Shown here: positions 1 to 9,106 of the stretch, one piece after another | Layout of the letters: the number at the start of each line of letters is the position of its first letter | Position numbering within the stretch: the first letter of the stretch is position 1 | Assembly (NCBI GenBank): GCA_030610995.1 | Contig: JAUWQO010000002.1 | Coordinates: forward strand, 783-64,782 | Length of the DNA: 64,000 nucleotides | Source: Desulfobacterales bacterium | GTDB taxonomy: Bacteria > Desulfobacterota > Desulfobacteria > Desulfobacterales > ETH-SRB1 | Direction: 5' to 3' | Made by a program: the position numbers and the translations under genes | Notes under the pieces: generated by a model | Database searches by the model: none | What the model was told of the DNA's origin: nothing | What the model saw: the letters and a program-made list of their open reading frames with translations, nothing else

Positions 1-2
1 TT

Positions 3-239
3 TACTTAGGCGACTTTCTTGGACAGATTGCAAAAGCCGTAACTCCGACAGATATTATTGTAGGAATCGTAAAAGCCCTGTGTTTTGGAATTATTATTAC
101 CGTGACATGCCTCTATCACGGATTCAGCATAAAAAAAAATATTACAGGCCTGCCGGTAGCAACATCAAAAGCAGCCATTGAGTGTTTTTTTTACTGTCTG
201 GTGATAAATGTTGCTATATCAATAATATTTTATCTATAA
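3..239 (+). CDS. MlaE/YrbE-like ABC permease, 3' end only (gene starts upstream of window)
   Basis: Frame 3 is open from the window edge to TAA at 237-239. The translation ...IVGIVKALCFGIIITVTCLYHGFSIKKNITGLPVATSKAAIECFFYCLVINVAISIIFYL has the hydrophobic C-terminal layout of MlaE-type permeases. NBD-like and MCE genes follow. Confidence 0.55.
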   Translation, partial: YLGDFLGQIAKAVTPTDIIVGIVKALCFGIIITVTCLYHGFSIKKNITGLPVATSKAAIECFFYCLVINVAISIIFYL

Positions 240-247
240 CCTAAAAT

Positions 248-394
248 GAGCAATTAGCCATTAGCTTTTAGCTATTAGTCAAACTATATCAAGACGTTAT
301 TAAACAATAACATTTCACCCAATGGGTGATTATAAATAATTATACGAATGCATATTTCATAAGAGCCAACGGCTAATTGCTAACAGCTAATCGC
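248..394. repeat. word-arm palindrome (attagc/gctaat words)
   Basis: Left arm gagcaattagccattagcttttagctattag. Right arm ccaacggctaattgctaacagctaatcgc is its imperfect reverse complement. An AT-rich loop lies between them. Confidence 0.75.
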
Positions 395-412
395 TTAACG
401 TAGGTATAAACA

Positions 413-1084
413 ATGAAGTTGATCGAGCTTTCAGATTATACCCTTTCCCCACTAGGTCAAGGAAACGGCCTTAACCGATTTTATTTTGACCTGTCAAAGG
501 GGGATGTATGTTCCATACAGGCAGATCTGCCGGATGACGCACACCTGTTTCTAAAGGCTATTGCAATGCTTGAGCATCCAACAGACGGCGTTTATCGATT
601 TATGGGAAAAAAGATTAATTTTTTAGACCATAGAAATCTTCTTCCATATAAGAAAAAAATAGGCTATATTGCTACAGACACATCGATGATCAGCAATATG
701 AGTATCAGAGAAAATCTTCTATTAATGCGATACTATTTTGAAAATTCACTCTCCATTGACATAAAGGATAATGTAAAAAATTTATGCGTTATTTTCGACA
801 TTTATGACAAACTGGATATTCGTCCGGGCGAGCTCAGGCCAACGGAGCTGCAAAGCGCCATTGCAATCAGAGAAGTTACCAAATCGCCCGATATACTGTT
901 GTTTGAACGGCCTGAAAATTTCATCAGGCATACAAAATTTGATCTCTTTGCTAAACTCTTTAAAGAAATGTTACTATCCGGACTTCCCGTTGTTTTTATT
1001 TCTTATGATGCAGATTTTGTTAAAAAGTTTTCAAACAGGAAGATACTTATTTCAGGCGGAAACTTGACAACCGTTTCAGCTTAG
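413..1084 (+). CDS. ABC-ATPase-fold protein with degenerate Walker A, signature and Walker B motifs (pseudo-NBD in the MlaF position)
   Basis: 223 aa with NBD-like order (..SMISNMSIRENL.., ..PDILLFERPE.., ..VVFISYDADF..). The P-loop position reads QADLPDDAH, the LSGGQ position reads LRPTEL, and the Walker B D-E reads E-R. Confidence 0.6.
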   Translation: MKLIELSDYTLSPLGQGNGLNRFYFDLSKGDVCSIQADLPDDAHLFLKAIAMLEHPTDGVYRFMGKKINFLDHRNLLPYKKKIGYIATDTSMISNMSIRENLLLMRYYFENSLSIDIKDNVKNLCVIFDIYDKLDIRPGELRPTELQSAIAIREVTKSPDILLFERPENFIRHTKFDLFAKLFKEMLLSGLPVVFISYDADFVKKFSNRKILISGGNLTTVSA

Positions 1085-1105
1085 GTGTTTTGAGTGCATT
1101 GATGG

Positions 1106-1200
1106 CTTAAGGAACCTACCTGCCTGCCAGCAGGTATAAAATAGGCAGAATTCCTTTAACTTTAGGCACTTTAACATACTTTAACATACTTTAGGCACTT
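1106..1200. repeat. composite hairpin with ctttaggcac words
   Basis: cttaaggaa...ttcctttaa stem followed by tandem actttaggcac/actttaacat words. The same words occur at 3456-3499, 37490-37530 and 37650-37690. Confidence 0.7.
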
Positions 1201-1209
1201 ATTAATTCC

Positions 1210-2178
1210 ATGGACTTAGATTTCAGCAAAAAAGAAAAAGCAGTTGGAACATTTATAATCTGCATCATACTTATACTGCTGACTACTGTGGTGATTATCG
1301 GCAGGGGCAAGGACTGGTTTAAAACATACATTATATATTATACTACCTTTGATGAAAGTTATAATCTTAAAGAAAATGCCGCTGTAAAACTATTTAAAGC
1401 CGATATCGGAAAGGTAAAAAAAATTATACTTGTTGAAAACAAAGTTAAGGTTAAGCTGGCCATTTTAGAGGAATATTCTTCCAGAATAAGAAGCGATTCT
1501 GTTGCAATTGTGGAAAGCCCGACATTTATCGGGTCCGAATATATTTCCATTAAACCTGGAAGCGCGGACAGTCCTCTGATACCTGAGGGTGGAGAAATCA
1601 ACTCCACGGCAAAAAAATCGATAGCCGACATCATGTCAGAGTTTCAGGTCGAAGAAACAGCTAAAACGGTTATCAGGATGGTACAGGATATCTCAGAAAT
1701 AATGCAAATAATGCGGGATCCTGATGGCCCTTTTTTTACAACCATCAACAATTTAAACAAAACTATTTCTCATCTTGAAGCTATTACCGGTGATATACAG
1801 GCCGGCAAGGGAACTGTTGGCGGCATACTAAAATCCAGGGAAGTCCTGCAGATCATACTTGATGATCTTGACAAAGTAACTCAGATTCTGGAAAGCATTG
1901 CCGAGGCATCTTCAAAAACGCCTGAAATAATAAATAAGGTTGGAGAGGGAGTATCGGATAGCATCTCAAGCATTAAAAGAATATTAAAAGAGGTGGAAGA
2001 AGGGAGCCGTGATATACCGGAGGTTACACGGTCTACAAAGAGGGGAGTTAACGAAATCAGGGATGGAGTAGAAAATATAGACAAGGTAGTTGAATCGCTT
2101 AAAAAAAATTTTTTGATAAAGCCGAATCTTCCGCCCGAACCAAAAGGCAAAAATATTGATGCCGGCTTGCGACAATAA
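1210..2178 (+). CDS. MlaD/MCE-domain protein with long helical C-terminal region
   Basis: N-terminal TM helix (VGTFIICIILILLTTVVII) followed by an MCE-like region (FDESYNLKENAAVKLFKADIGKVKKI...VESPTFIGSEYISIKPG). It lies directly after the permease and NBD-like genes. Confidence 0.7.
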   Translation: MDLDFSKKEKAVGTFIICIILILLTTVVIIGRGKDWFKTYIIYYTTFDESYNLKENAAVKLFKADIGKVKKIILVENKVKVKLAILEEYSSRIRSDSVAIVESPTFIGSEYISIKPGSADSPLIPEGGEINSTAKKSIADIMSEFQVEETAKTVIRMVQDISEIMQIMRDPDGPFFTTINNLNKTISHLEAITGDIQAGKGTVGGILKSREVLQIILDDLDKVTQILESIAEASSKTPEIINKVGEGVSDSISSIKRILKEVEEGSRDIPEVTRSTKRGVNEIRDGVENIDKVVESLKKNFLIKPNLPPEPKGKNIDAGLRQ

Positions 2179-2182
2179 TTAA

Positions 2183-2305
2183 ATTAACTCAAGTTTCGCA
2201 GCCTTTTTATTTATTAAAGATTTAAACAGTAATGGCCGAAATAAATTTTGGCTCCTTTACCGCCTTGACATTGATAGAAATTAAGGGTGCGAAACTTGAG
2301 TTAAT
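2183..2305. repeat. short element with 18-bp perfect terminal inverted repeats, copy 1 (internally deleted)
   Basis: attaactcaagtttcgca (2183-2200) pairs with tgcgaaacttgagttaat (2288-2305). It shares taatggccgaaataaatttt and tttaccgccttgaca.tgatagaaattaagggtgcgaaa with copy 2. Confidence 0.8.
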
Positions 2306-2321
2306 TGAAAGGAAAATGCCG

Positions 2322-3446
2322 ATGAATTACAAGAAACACATCTTAAAATTATCAACGGGTTTAATAGTAGTTGCAATGCTTGCATGGTTTGGTTGCGCCG
2401 CAAAGACCAGTGTAAGCCGGATCAAGCCTGCCGAAGTTTCTTTGGGAGGCATCCGAACGCTTGCCTTGCTTAAGTTTGAAGGCCGGTTCGGTGAAACTGT
2501 GCGTAGCGATTTCTATAATAAATTAAGCGAGGTGCCGCACTTCAATCTTATCGACATCTCAAAGACAAACGCTCTGGATCAGGTCATCTATGACCAGGTA
2601 GATGATCCAAGATTTTTTCCCGACCTTGAAGGTCTTCACGCAGATGGAGTAATTACCGGGCGGGTAACCTCCAACATAAATGATATCCGTGGACGTGATC
2701 AGGTCCAGATGCAGGAAGGCACGGGACGATATAAAAAAGAGAAAAACATTTTTGGTAAATGGGTGGACGTAGAAATCAAAAAGACAGTGCTCAGACCGGT
2801 GCCATATGTCATACGTCAGGCTTCTCTAACCACCGATTTCAAAGTATTTAACCTGAAAACAAAGCAGATTATAGCGACCGGCAAGGTCACGGAAAATTAC
2901 AATCAAAAGTTTGGCGGCGACAAGGAATATGTTCTTTCCTTTTTAGGAGGAATGAAGTTAAGCAAGTTGCCGGCGCCGAATCAAACCTTAAATGAGCTTT
3001 CCGCTAAAGTCGCCGCACGGCTTGTCGCAAAAATCTCCCCCACTGAGATTGTAAAAGATGTAACATTTGATGACGGAAGCAAATATGGGATTGGGGTCGG
3101 CGGACACAAGCTTGTTAAACGCGGTATCGAATTTGCCAAACGCGGGCTATGGGAAGAGGCCATGGAGATCTGGCAGGATGTGATTAAGGTCGAACCCAAC
3201 AACAGCGCAGCCCACTATAATCTGGGTATGGCTTATGAAAGTTTTGGCGCTTTGAAAAATCTTGAGATAGCAAGAAGTATGTATAAAAAGGCAGCCAGAT
3301 ATGGAGACAACAAGCTTTATATAGAGGCTATAGCAAGAGTGCAGGCTGCAATCAAAGACCACCGGAAGTATGAAGAGCAAAAGAAACTGCTGAAAGAGAC
3401 TCCGGTTAAAAAAAGCGAAGAAGGTGGCGGGTTGCGGATATATTAA
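2322..3446 (+). CDS. lipoprotein with C-terminal TPR-like region
   Basis: Start moved to ATG 2322 (AGGA about 8 nt upstream) because the longer tracked ORF begins inside a repeat element. Lipobox LAWFGC; C-terminal EEAMEIWQDVIKVEPNNSAAHYNLGMAYE resembles a TPR. Confidence 0.55.
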   Translation: MNYKKHILKLSTGLIVVAMLAWFGCAAKTSVSRIKPAEVSLGGIRTLALLKFEGRFGETVRSDFYNKLSEVPHFNLIDISKTNALDQVIYDQVDDPRFFPDLEGLHADGVITGRVTSNINDIRGRDQVQMQEGTGRYKKEKNIFGKWVDVEIKKTVLRPVPYVIRQASLTTDFKVFNLKTKQIIATGKVTENYNQKFGGDKEYVLSFLGGMKLSKLPAPNQTLNELSAKVAARLVAKISPTEIVKDVTFDDGSKYGIGVGGHKLVKRGIEFAKRGLWEEAMEIWQDVIKVEPNNSAAHYNLGMAYESFGALKNLEIARSMYKKAARYGDNKLYIEAIARVQAAIKDHRKYEEQKKLLKETPVKKSEEGGGLRIY

Positions 3447-3455
3447 AAAACTTAC

Positions 3456-3630
3456 AGTGCCTAAAGTATATTAAAGTGCCTAAAATGAGCTAAAGTTAAG
3501 GAATACGCCTTCGGCGCAGCTAATTATAACTTATAATTGTGTAAAAGTTCGCCGAAGGCAAAATATTTGACCAGGATTAACAGGATTTTTTTACTTTTTC
3601 TTATATCCTGATCATCCTGTATATCCTGTC
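3456..3630. repeat. composite of gtgcctaaag words, a cgccttcggcg/cgccgaaggc hairpin and an atcctg-word hairpin
   Basis: Read directly from the sequence. The left half is nearly identical to 37499-37550. Confidence 0.75.
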
Positions 3631-3689
3631 TAAAATTAGCTGAACTATTACAAGAATTCCTTATAAAAATTCAAAGATGGGGGAAGATT

Positions 3690-4871
3690 ATGAAACACAA
3701 TAAAATTATGGGCATATGTCTTGTTTTGGGAATTATATTTCTTTTTGTATCAACCAGTTATAGCAAAATGGTGACGGTTGTAGGGCAGGGAATGGATCGT
3801 AAAAGCGCTATTGCTGATGCCCAGCGGGCTGCAGTCGAACAAGGCATAGGCGCTCTCATCGATTCCAAAACCAGGGTTGCGAACTTTGAGGTTCTGCAGG
3901 ATAGGATTTATTCGAGGGCAAGCGGTTATGTAACTAATTATAATATATTGTCTGAAGGAAAAAGTCCGGACGGCTCAATATACACCGTAACCATGCGGGC
4001 TGACGTACAAACCGCTTCGATTAAAAATGATTTAAAGGCAATCGGCATTCTAATGGCACAGATCGGCAACCCCCGCTTTATGGCGATTTATATTCCTGAA
4101 ACCAGGAGTTCAATGCACAGGGATTCCAGGGTAGTCAGAGCCGCCGAGCAGGCAATTAACGGAGTCTTTGCCAGAAAAGGCTTTATAGTCCTGGACAAAA
4201 TGTTCGTTAATGATGTTTACAGCGAGATAGAGCAAGCCGGCCGGATTGATGTGGATATGGATGACCTTTCCGCTCTTGCCTTAAAATATAAGGCAGACCT
4301 GCTTCTTGTATATGATGTGCATGCGGCGAGCAAGACCGGTGGATCAAGCAGGTATTTTGGCGGCGTCATCGTTGAAATAGCATTGCGTGCCGTTGCTCCG
4401 GCCACTGCAGATCTTATAGCTCAAAAATCGGGCGATCTGTACGTAAAAACCATAAAAGCAGCAGGAAATTATTATGAAAATATGCAGGCTGCAAAGGCTT
4501 CGGATAAATTGGGAAAAGCGATTGCAGATGCTTTAATTGAAGATACACTGTCTTATTTTGAGCGTGCTGTTCACGCTGGAACCCGTTTTGATGTATGGTT
4601 TAGAAACTTTTCAGAACAAGAAACCTATGTAATCGTTGATGTAATTGAGGGAATGACCGCTTTTAAGGACAAGCATGTTAGAAATGAATCGCCTGGAAAT
4701 TTTCAGCTTGATGTAAACTACCAGGGAAGAAAATTCGATTTTAAGCGGGAGCTTTACAGGGGCTTGCAGAATCAGGGCATCCTGTTTGATACTCAGCAGG
4801 CCAAGGGAAATCGTTTTCTGCTTTTCAAGAAAGGAAGCGACAATCCATTTGGCGCTATTAATATTAATTGA
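3690..4871 (+). CDS. secreted protein, N-terminal LPP20/FlgT-N-like region, function unknown
   Basis: Signal peptide (IMGICLVLGIIFLFVSTSYS). GQGMDRKSAIADAQRAAVEQGIGALIDSKT...YVTNYNILSE resembles LPP20/FlgT_N-type domains. The stop codon lies inside the left inverted repeat of a MITE-like element. Confidence 0.45.
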   Translation: MKHNKIMGICLVLGIIFLFVSTSYSKMVTVVGQGMDRKSAIADAQRAAVEQGIGALIDSKTRVANFEVLQDRIYSRASGYVTNYNILSEGKSPDGSIYTVTMRADVQTASIKNDLKAIGILMAQIGNPRFMAIYIPETRSSMHRDSRVVRAAEQAINGVFARKGFIVLDKMFVNDVYSEIEQAGRIDVDMDDLSALALKYKADLLLVYDVHAASKTGGSSRYFGGVIVEIALRAVAPATADLIAQKSGDLYVKTIKAAGNYYENMQAAKASDKLGKAIADALIEDTLSYFERAVHAGTRFDVWFRNFSEQETYVIVDVIEGMTAFKDKHVRNESPGNFQLDVNYQGRKFDFKRELYRGLQNQGILFDTQQAKGNRFLLFKKGSDNPFGAININ

Positions 4872-5080
4872 TGACGTCGTAAAAAGTCGTCACTCCGGTG
4901 AAAACCGGAGTCCAGATGGTTTGCAACTGCTTGAAATGATCCGCCAGAGTGCTTTGGCGGACTTTCGCCGGAATGACGGAAAACACACTCTTTTGTCATT
5001 CCCGCGAAGGCGGGAATCCAGTATCTTGTTTATCCTGTTAATCCTGTCAAAAAAGTTTTGGACTTTTTACGACGCCATCA
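4869..5080. repeat. MITE-like 212-bp element with 20-bp terminal inverted repeats (19/20)
   Basis: tgatgacgtcgtaaaaagtc pairs with gactttttacgacgccatca. Internal hairpin modules recur at 47233-47264 and 51255-51290. Confidence 0.7.
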
Positions 5081-5282
5081 TTATCGCAGGTTACAGTCGA
5101 CTCTATCCGGCGCAAAATCTACCACTTCCAGGCTGTGATCGCCTAACTTCAGCCCATCCAAAAGTTCGGCAAGCTCTTCACTCGTGCCCTTAAAACGCAG
5201 ATCCAGCGCCAGCATTGCTATAATTGGAAAGAGTCTGTTCATTGATTTAATCCTTGCACATACGGACTTGTTGGGAAATTAT

Positions 5283-5846
5283 TTATTGATTATGATGTGG
5301 CGCTACCTTCAGGAAAGATTTGACGCTTCGAATTCCTCCTATACTTTTAGCATGAGCAATAATTTTCTCTATCTCCTTATCTGATCCTACAAGACCCACA
5401 AATACCACGTTGCATTGAACAACTGTTACGTCGACATTGGTTGACCAGATATCCCCATCCTTGATTAGTTTGGCTTTAACTTTTGCTTTAATGACAAGAT
5501 TATCCGTTGTACCACATGGATCACCATCTTTCTTTTTGAGAAGATAGGTGGTTACACCTTTTACCCCTTCAACATTCCCGGCAATTTTAATGGATCTGTT
5601 TTTTTGTTTTTCCGCATCATACTCACCGATTAAGTAAACATGGCCATAATAGCAGGCTATATCAATATCAAAAGTCTTAACTACATCGTCTTCAATAAAT
5701 TTTTGCAGGATCGTGGCCTTAATTTTTGTGTCGCCGGCCATTGTGCGCACATTGCGTTCATCCACGGCCGCACCATAAAAGGTAGTACATCCGGAGCCAA
5801 TTACCAGAAGCGCAAAACATAATATTGCCGCAAAATAGTTTTTCAT
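5283..5846 (-). CDS. BON-domain lipoprotein (OsmY/DolP-like)
   Basis: Lipobox VIGSGC and two BON-like repeats (HVYLIGEYDAEKQK..VEGVKGV and VVFVGLVGSDKEIEKIIAHAKSIGGIRSV). Confidence 0.7.
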   Translation of the reverse strand: MKNYFAAILCFALLVIGSGCTTFYGAAVDERNVRTMAGDTKIKATILQKFIEDDVVKTFDIDIACYYGHVYLIGEYDAEKQKNRSIKIAGNVEGVKGVTTYLLKKKDGDPCGTTDNLVIKAKVKAKLIKDGDIWSTNVDVTVVQCNVVFVGLVGSDKEIEKIIAHAKSIGGIRSVKSFLKVAPHHNQ

Positions 5847-6281
5847 ATATTTTTCTCCATTAAATTGGTGATTATATAACAGATAACAAGTAAAATATCA
5901 AGATCCGCTCTGCACTGTAATTTCTGCCTGAAATTACAGCGCTTTTTCACAGCCTTTAATTAACCCTACAGCGATACTTGGCGTGATTTACTGGGTATAT
6001 TACTAATCCGAGCGTTGTTATTTAGACACTAAAATTCCTTAGGCCTTATGAATCGTTCTTTTAATACAAATGAATGTCAAATGATTATGGCCTCATTAGT
6101 AACTCTTTTCCTTCTGTGCGAAAGATATGCCGAATGATCCTTTGTCTGGATACATAAAACCAGTTCACGCTGGTGAAATAAGTTAGCGCTTATGCCCACT
6201 GCCCCATACTATAAGTGTAAGTGACAGTAAGAATCTTGATTCGCTCTTGAAACCATATTCTCCAGGTTTTTTAAAAGCCTC

Positions 6282-6740
6282 TTATTTTTTCTCAGACAGT
6301 GTCAGAGTCCCTTTAGCGATAGGATTAGTTCCCACAAATGCAACGACCTTGAAAAGGAATAAACTTCCGTATTCCTTCTTGATGGTTGCCTCCAGACGGA
6401 GAGTATCTCCCGGTTTGGCGGGGGTAAAGAATTTAATATCTACATTGGCAAGAAAAAGATTCATCTTATCTTTTCCCATGGATATATTTTCTTTTTCACG
6501 TGTAAGCCCGATAAAAAGTCCACTTGTTTGCGCCAGTGCCTCTGAAACAAGAACTCCCGGCATTATTGGCTGTCCTGGAAAATGGCCGGCAAAAAAGGAT
6601 TCATCAGGCAAGAGATCTTTTTCGGCAATGATTTTTTCTCCCGCTTTAAAATTAATAACCCTGTCTACAAACAGAAAGGGTCTTCTGTGCGGAAGTATTT
6701 CTTCAATAACTGGAATGTCGTAGATGTAATTATTGGTCAT
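6282..6740 (-). CDS. fabZ: FabZ-like 3-hydroxyacyl-ACP dehydratase
   Basis: LPHRRPFLFVDRV and GHFPGQPIMPGVLVSEALAQ hotdog dehydratase motifs. 4-nt overlap with the upstream FabD-like gene. Confidence 0.85.
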   Translation of the reverse strand: MTNNYIYDIPVIEEILPHRRPFLFVDRVINFKAGEKIIAEKDLLPDESFFAGHFPGQPIMPGVLVSEALAQTSGLFIGLTREKENISMGKDKMNLFLANVDIKFFTPAKPGDTLRLEATIKKEYGSLFLFKVVAFVGTNPIAKGTLTLSEKK

Positions 6741-7660
6741 GTCAACTTATCTATTACCTCTGACAGCTTCTCATTATTCGTTGTATTCATAATTTCAATG
6801 TTTCTGTCTATCCACCTGACCGTCCTGAAGAGTGTGGCGCCGGGTCCGACTTCAACAAAAAATTTGTTGTTCATGCTTAGTTTTTTAATCAAATCAACCC
6901 ACAAGACTGGGCGACTCAACTGGGCAGCCATTATGTTTTTTAACTCTCTTTCGTCGGGCATGGCCTCCAGAGATAAGTAAGATATAAGAGGTAGTTGAGG
7001 ATCATTCAAGTGGACGGTTCTGAGTTCTCTTAAAAAGCGTGCACCACTCTTTACCATAAATCTAGAATGATAGGCAGTAGCAACAGATATATTGTAGACG
7101 TCCAGAGCCCCTTCGCTGAGAGAGATTTCCATTGCTTTCGTAACGGAAGAACCGATACCGGAAATGACGATCTGACGCGGTGTGTTAATGATGGCAACTT
7201 CAACTTCTCCTGCCTGCCGGCAGATATGTTTTACTTCTTCGAGGGAAAGACCGAAGATAACTGCCATACTTCCTTCTATTTTTTGGCCTTCACTAAGAAG
7301 GATTTCACCTGCCCGTTTCACGATATGAAGGCTACCCGCAAAATCAAAACAACCTGCTGCATAGGCAGCAGAGTAAAAACCGGAACTGTAACCCGAAACC
7401 ACATCGGGAAGAATATTTTGTGTCGTTAGTATGTCAGTCAGAGCACAACTGACCGTGTAAACTGCAAGTTGGGCATTCAGGTCACGATTCAGTTCTTCTT
7501 CCGGACCTTCAAAGCAGAGCCGGCTTAAGGAAAAACCGAGAAGACGGTCGGCATGGTCAAATATTTCCCGGGCTTCAGGATAGGTCTGATACAAGTCAAA
7601 ACCCATGCCAACATGCTGAGATCCCTGGCCGGGGTATAAAAAGATTGGTCGATAGTTCAA
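6737..7660 (-). CDS. FabD-like acyl-carrier-protein S-malonyltransferase
   Basis: FLYPGQGSQHVGMG N-terminus and a GxSxG nucleophile elbow that reads GYSSG instead of the canonical GHSLG; AYHSRFM. Confidence 0.8.
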   Translation of the reverse strand: MNYRPIFLYPGQGSQHVGMGFDLYQTYPEAREIFDHADRLLGFSLSRLCFEGPEEELNRDLNAQLAVYTVSCALTDILTTQNILPDVVSGYSSGFYSAAYAAGCFDFAGSLHIVKRAGEILLSEGQKIEGSMAVIFGLSLEEVKHICRQAGEVEVAIINTPRQIVISGIGSSVTKAMEISLSEGALDVYNISVATAYHSRFMVKSGARFLRELRTVHLNDPQLPLISYLSLEAMPDERELKNIMAAQLSRPVLWVDLIKKLSMNNKFFVEVGPGATLFRTVRWIDRNIEIMNTTNNEKLSEVIDKLT

Positions 7661-7679
7661 ATTAGATTCTCAATATTAA

Positions 7680-8393
7680 CTATTTTCCTGCTTTTTCCGA
7701 TAATTGTTTTAGTCTTTTTTCAACAACAGTTCTAAATTCTTCATCATCTCTTCTTGTATTCAAAGCATTATTATATGCGTCTTTAGCTTTAGAGAATAAT
7801 TGATTTGCATAGTATCGATCTTCGTCGAATTTTCTCGCTTCCGCTTGTGCACAATAAGCGTCACCCAAAACAATAAGATAATCAGCATTATTTGGTGCAT
7901 AATATAAGGCTTTCTTAATCGTTTTTTTTGCTCTATTACTTCTGTTATTAATTAAGAGACTTCTGGCCACGATATAGTAAAGCTCGTGACGGGGCCCGAT
8001 CGTTTTGTGAAGCCTTTTACCTGTTATATAGGGTTGCTTGATAAGCGTCTTATATGAGCTATCCCCCTTTTCTTTCAGGATGGCACATTTTTCAACCTGA
8101 GCTTTGGCTAACAAAATATTCAATTCAAGATTATTTGGGTTAGCATGTGCTTCACCTGTTAACAGCCGAATCACATCGTCATACTTTTTCTCCTTATACA
8201 ATGCTTCTGCCTGAGCGTATATGTCCGGCTGATCAGACGGAGAAGAAGAATTATCAGCAATCAATATTGGCGCTTCGTTTTTCGATGATTGGATGCCATC
8301 CGAATTCTTGACCCACGATAACGCATCATTAAACGGAACGAAAAGTATTAAAGCTAAAAAGAAACAACTGAAAATGCGAATAAGTTTTTTCAT
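7680..8393 (-). CDS. secreted TPR-like repeat protein
   Basis: Signal peptide, then helical repeats (YAQAEALYKEKKYDDVIRLL.., YLIVLGDAYCAQAE..). 4-nt overlap with the LolA-like gene. Confidence 0.5.
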   Translation of the reverse strand: MKKLIRIFSCFFLALILFVPFNDALSWVKNSDGIQSSKNEAPILIADNSSSPSDQPDIYAQAEALYKEKKYDDVIRLLTGEAHANPNNLELNILLAKAQVEKCAILKEKGDSSYKTLIKQPYITGKRLHKTIGPRHELYYIVARSLLINNRSNRAKKTIKKALYYAPNNADYLIVLGDAYCAQAEARKFDEDRYYANQLFSKAKDAYNNALNTRRDDEEFRTVVEKRLKQLSEKAGK

Positions 8394-9106
8394 TGCGGTT
8401 CTCCTTTCTTAGTAAAGGTTTCTTGATCGTCTCCATCTTGTTCAGGAGCGTTTATTTTAAAGATTCCCGCTGGCAGAGGCTTATTAATCGAAGTAAATTC
8501 AAAATGTATAGAAGTATAATCACCTTCCTTTTCCTTAAAACAAATTATTTCCGGGAGCCACTGCGTTGGCCTCACTTCTATTTCGATCATGTCGATTCGT
8601 TTTGCAATCGCCTTAATTTTAGGGATTAATTTCAGATGATAGGCGCCTGAATTAGTCTTTGAAACAAGCTGGATTGAGTATTGTTTCCGAAATTCTTCAA
8701 TGGACTGGCCGATACCGAGATATTTTTTAAGAAAATTATTTCCGAGATATTTTTCTTTAGTTTTTGATATATCAGGGTAATAGATAAGAAGCAACCCGCT
8801 TTTTATAAGCACCATTACAGATGATGGGCTGATAACTTCAAATAGCATTTTACCTTCTGAATCAAAATAGATTATTCCCTCGGAATACAATGGTTCCTTG
8901 AGTAACCTGGTATTTTTGGTTTGCGCAAACTTTGCCGTCAGGGTTTTCAGACTTTCTGCCTTCTCCTTCATGTTTTTTATCACCCAGCACAATTCCGATT
9001 CCGTATTCAAAGTGGTTCCGGATGGAAAAACAGGGCACGGATTCAGAAACAGGATCAGGCCCATGAATATGAGAACAGCATATCTTTTTAAGGGGCTTTT
9101 TTTCAT
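8390..9106 (-). CDS. LolA-like lipoprotein-carrier-fold protein
   Basis: Start moved to MKKSPLK (ATGA overlap with the rSAM stop). Signal peptide; LKTLTAKFAQTKNTRLLKEPLYSEGIIYF resembles the LolA/LolA-like family seen in aryl-polyene-type clusters. Confidence 0.6.
   Translation of the reverse strand: MKKSPLKRYAVLIFMGLILFLNPCPVFPSGTTLNTESELCWVIKNMKEKAESLKTLTAKFAQTKNTRLLKEPLYSEGIIYFDSEGKMLFEVISPSSVMVLIKSGLLLIYYPDISKTKEKYLGNNFLKKYLGIGQSIEEFRKQYSIQLVSKTNSGAYHLKLIPKIKAIAKRIDMIEIEVRPTQWLPEIICFKEKEGDYTSIHFEFTSINKPLPAGIFKINAPEQDGDDQETFTKKGEPQ

Noticed and set aside
4786-5193. ORFs encoded by repeat DNA (4786-5193, 47150-47404, 48584-48775, 51108-51299, 52838-53071, 57638-57823).
   Set aside because: Their peptides (SFPRRRESS, IPAFAGMT, RGAKRRGNLV..LRFARNDN, VVEWENGRVVEW) are translations of the palindromic repeat modules and recur in either orientation. 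I do not consider them coding.
5081-5242. 53-codon minus-strand ORF (MNRLFPIIAMLALDLRFKGTSEELAELLDGLKLGDHSLEVVDFAPDRVDCNLR) downstream of the BON gene.
   Set aside because: It is below the ORF-track length cutoff, has no recognisable family and no clear ribosome-binding site. It abuts the MITE-like element. There is not enough evidence to call it a gene.
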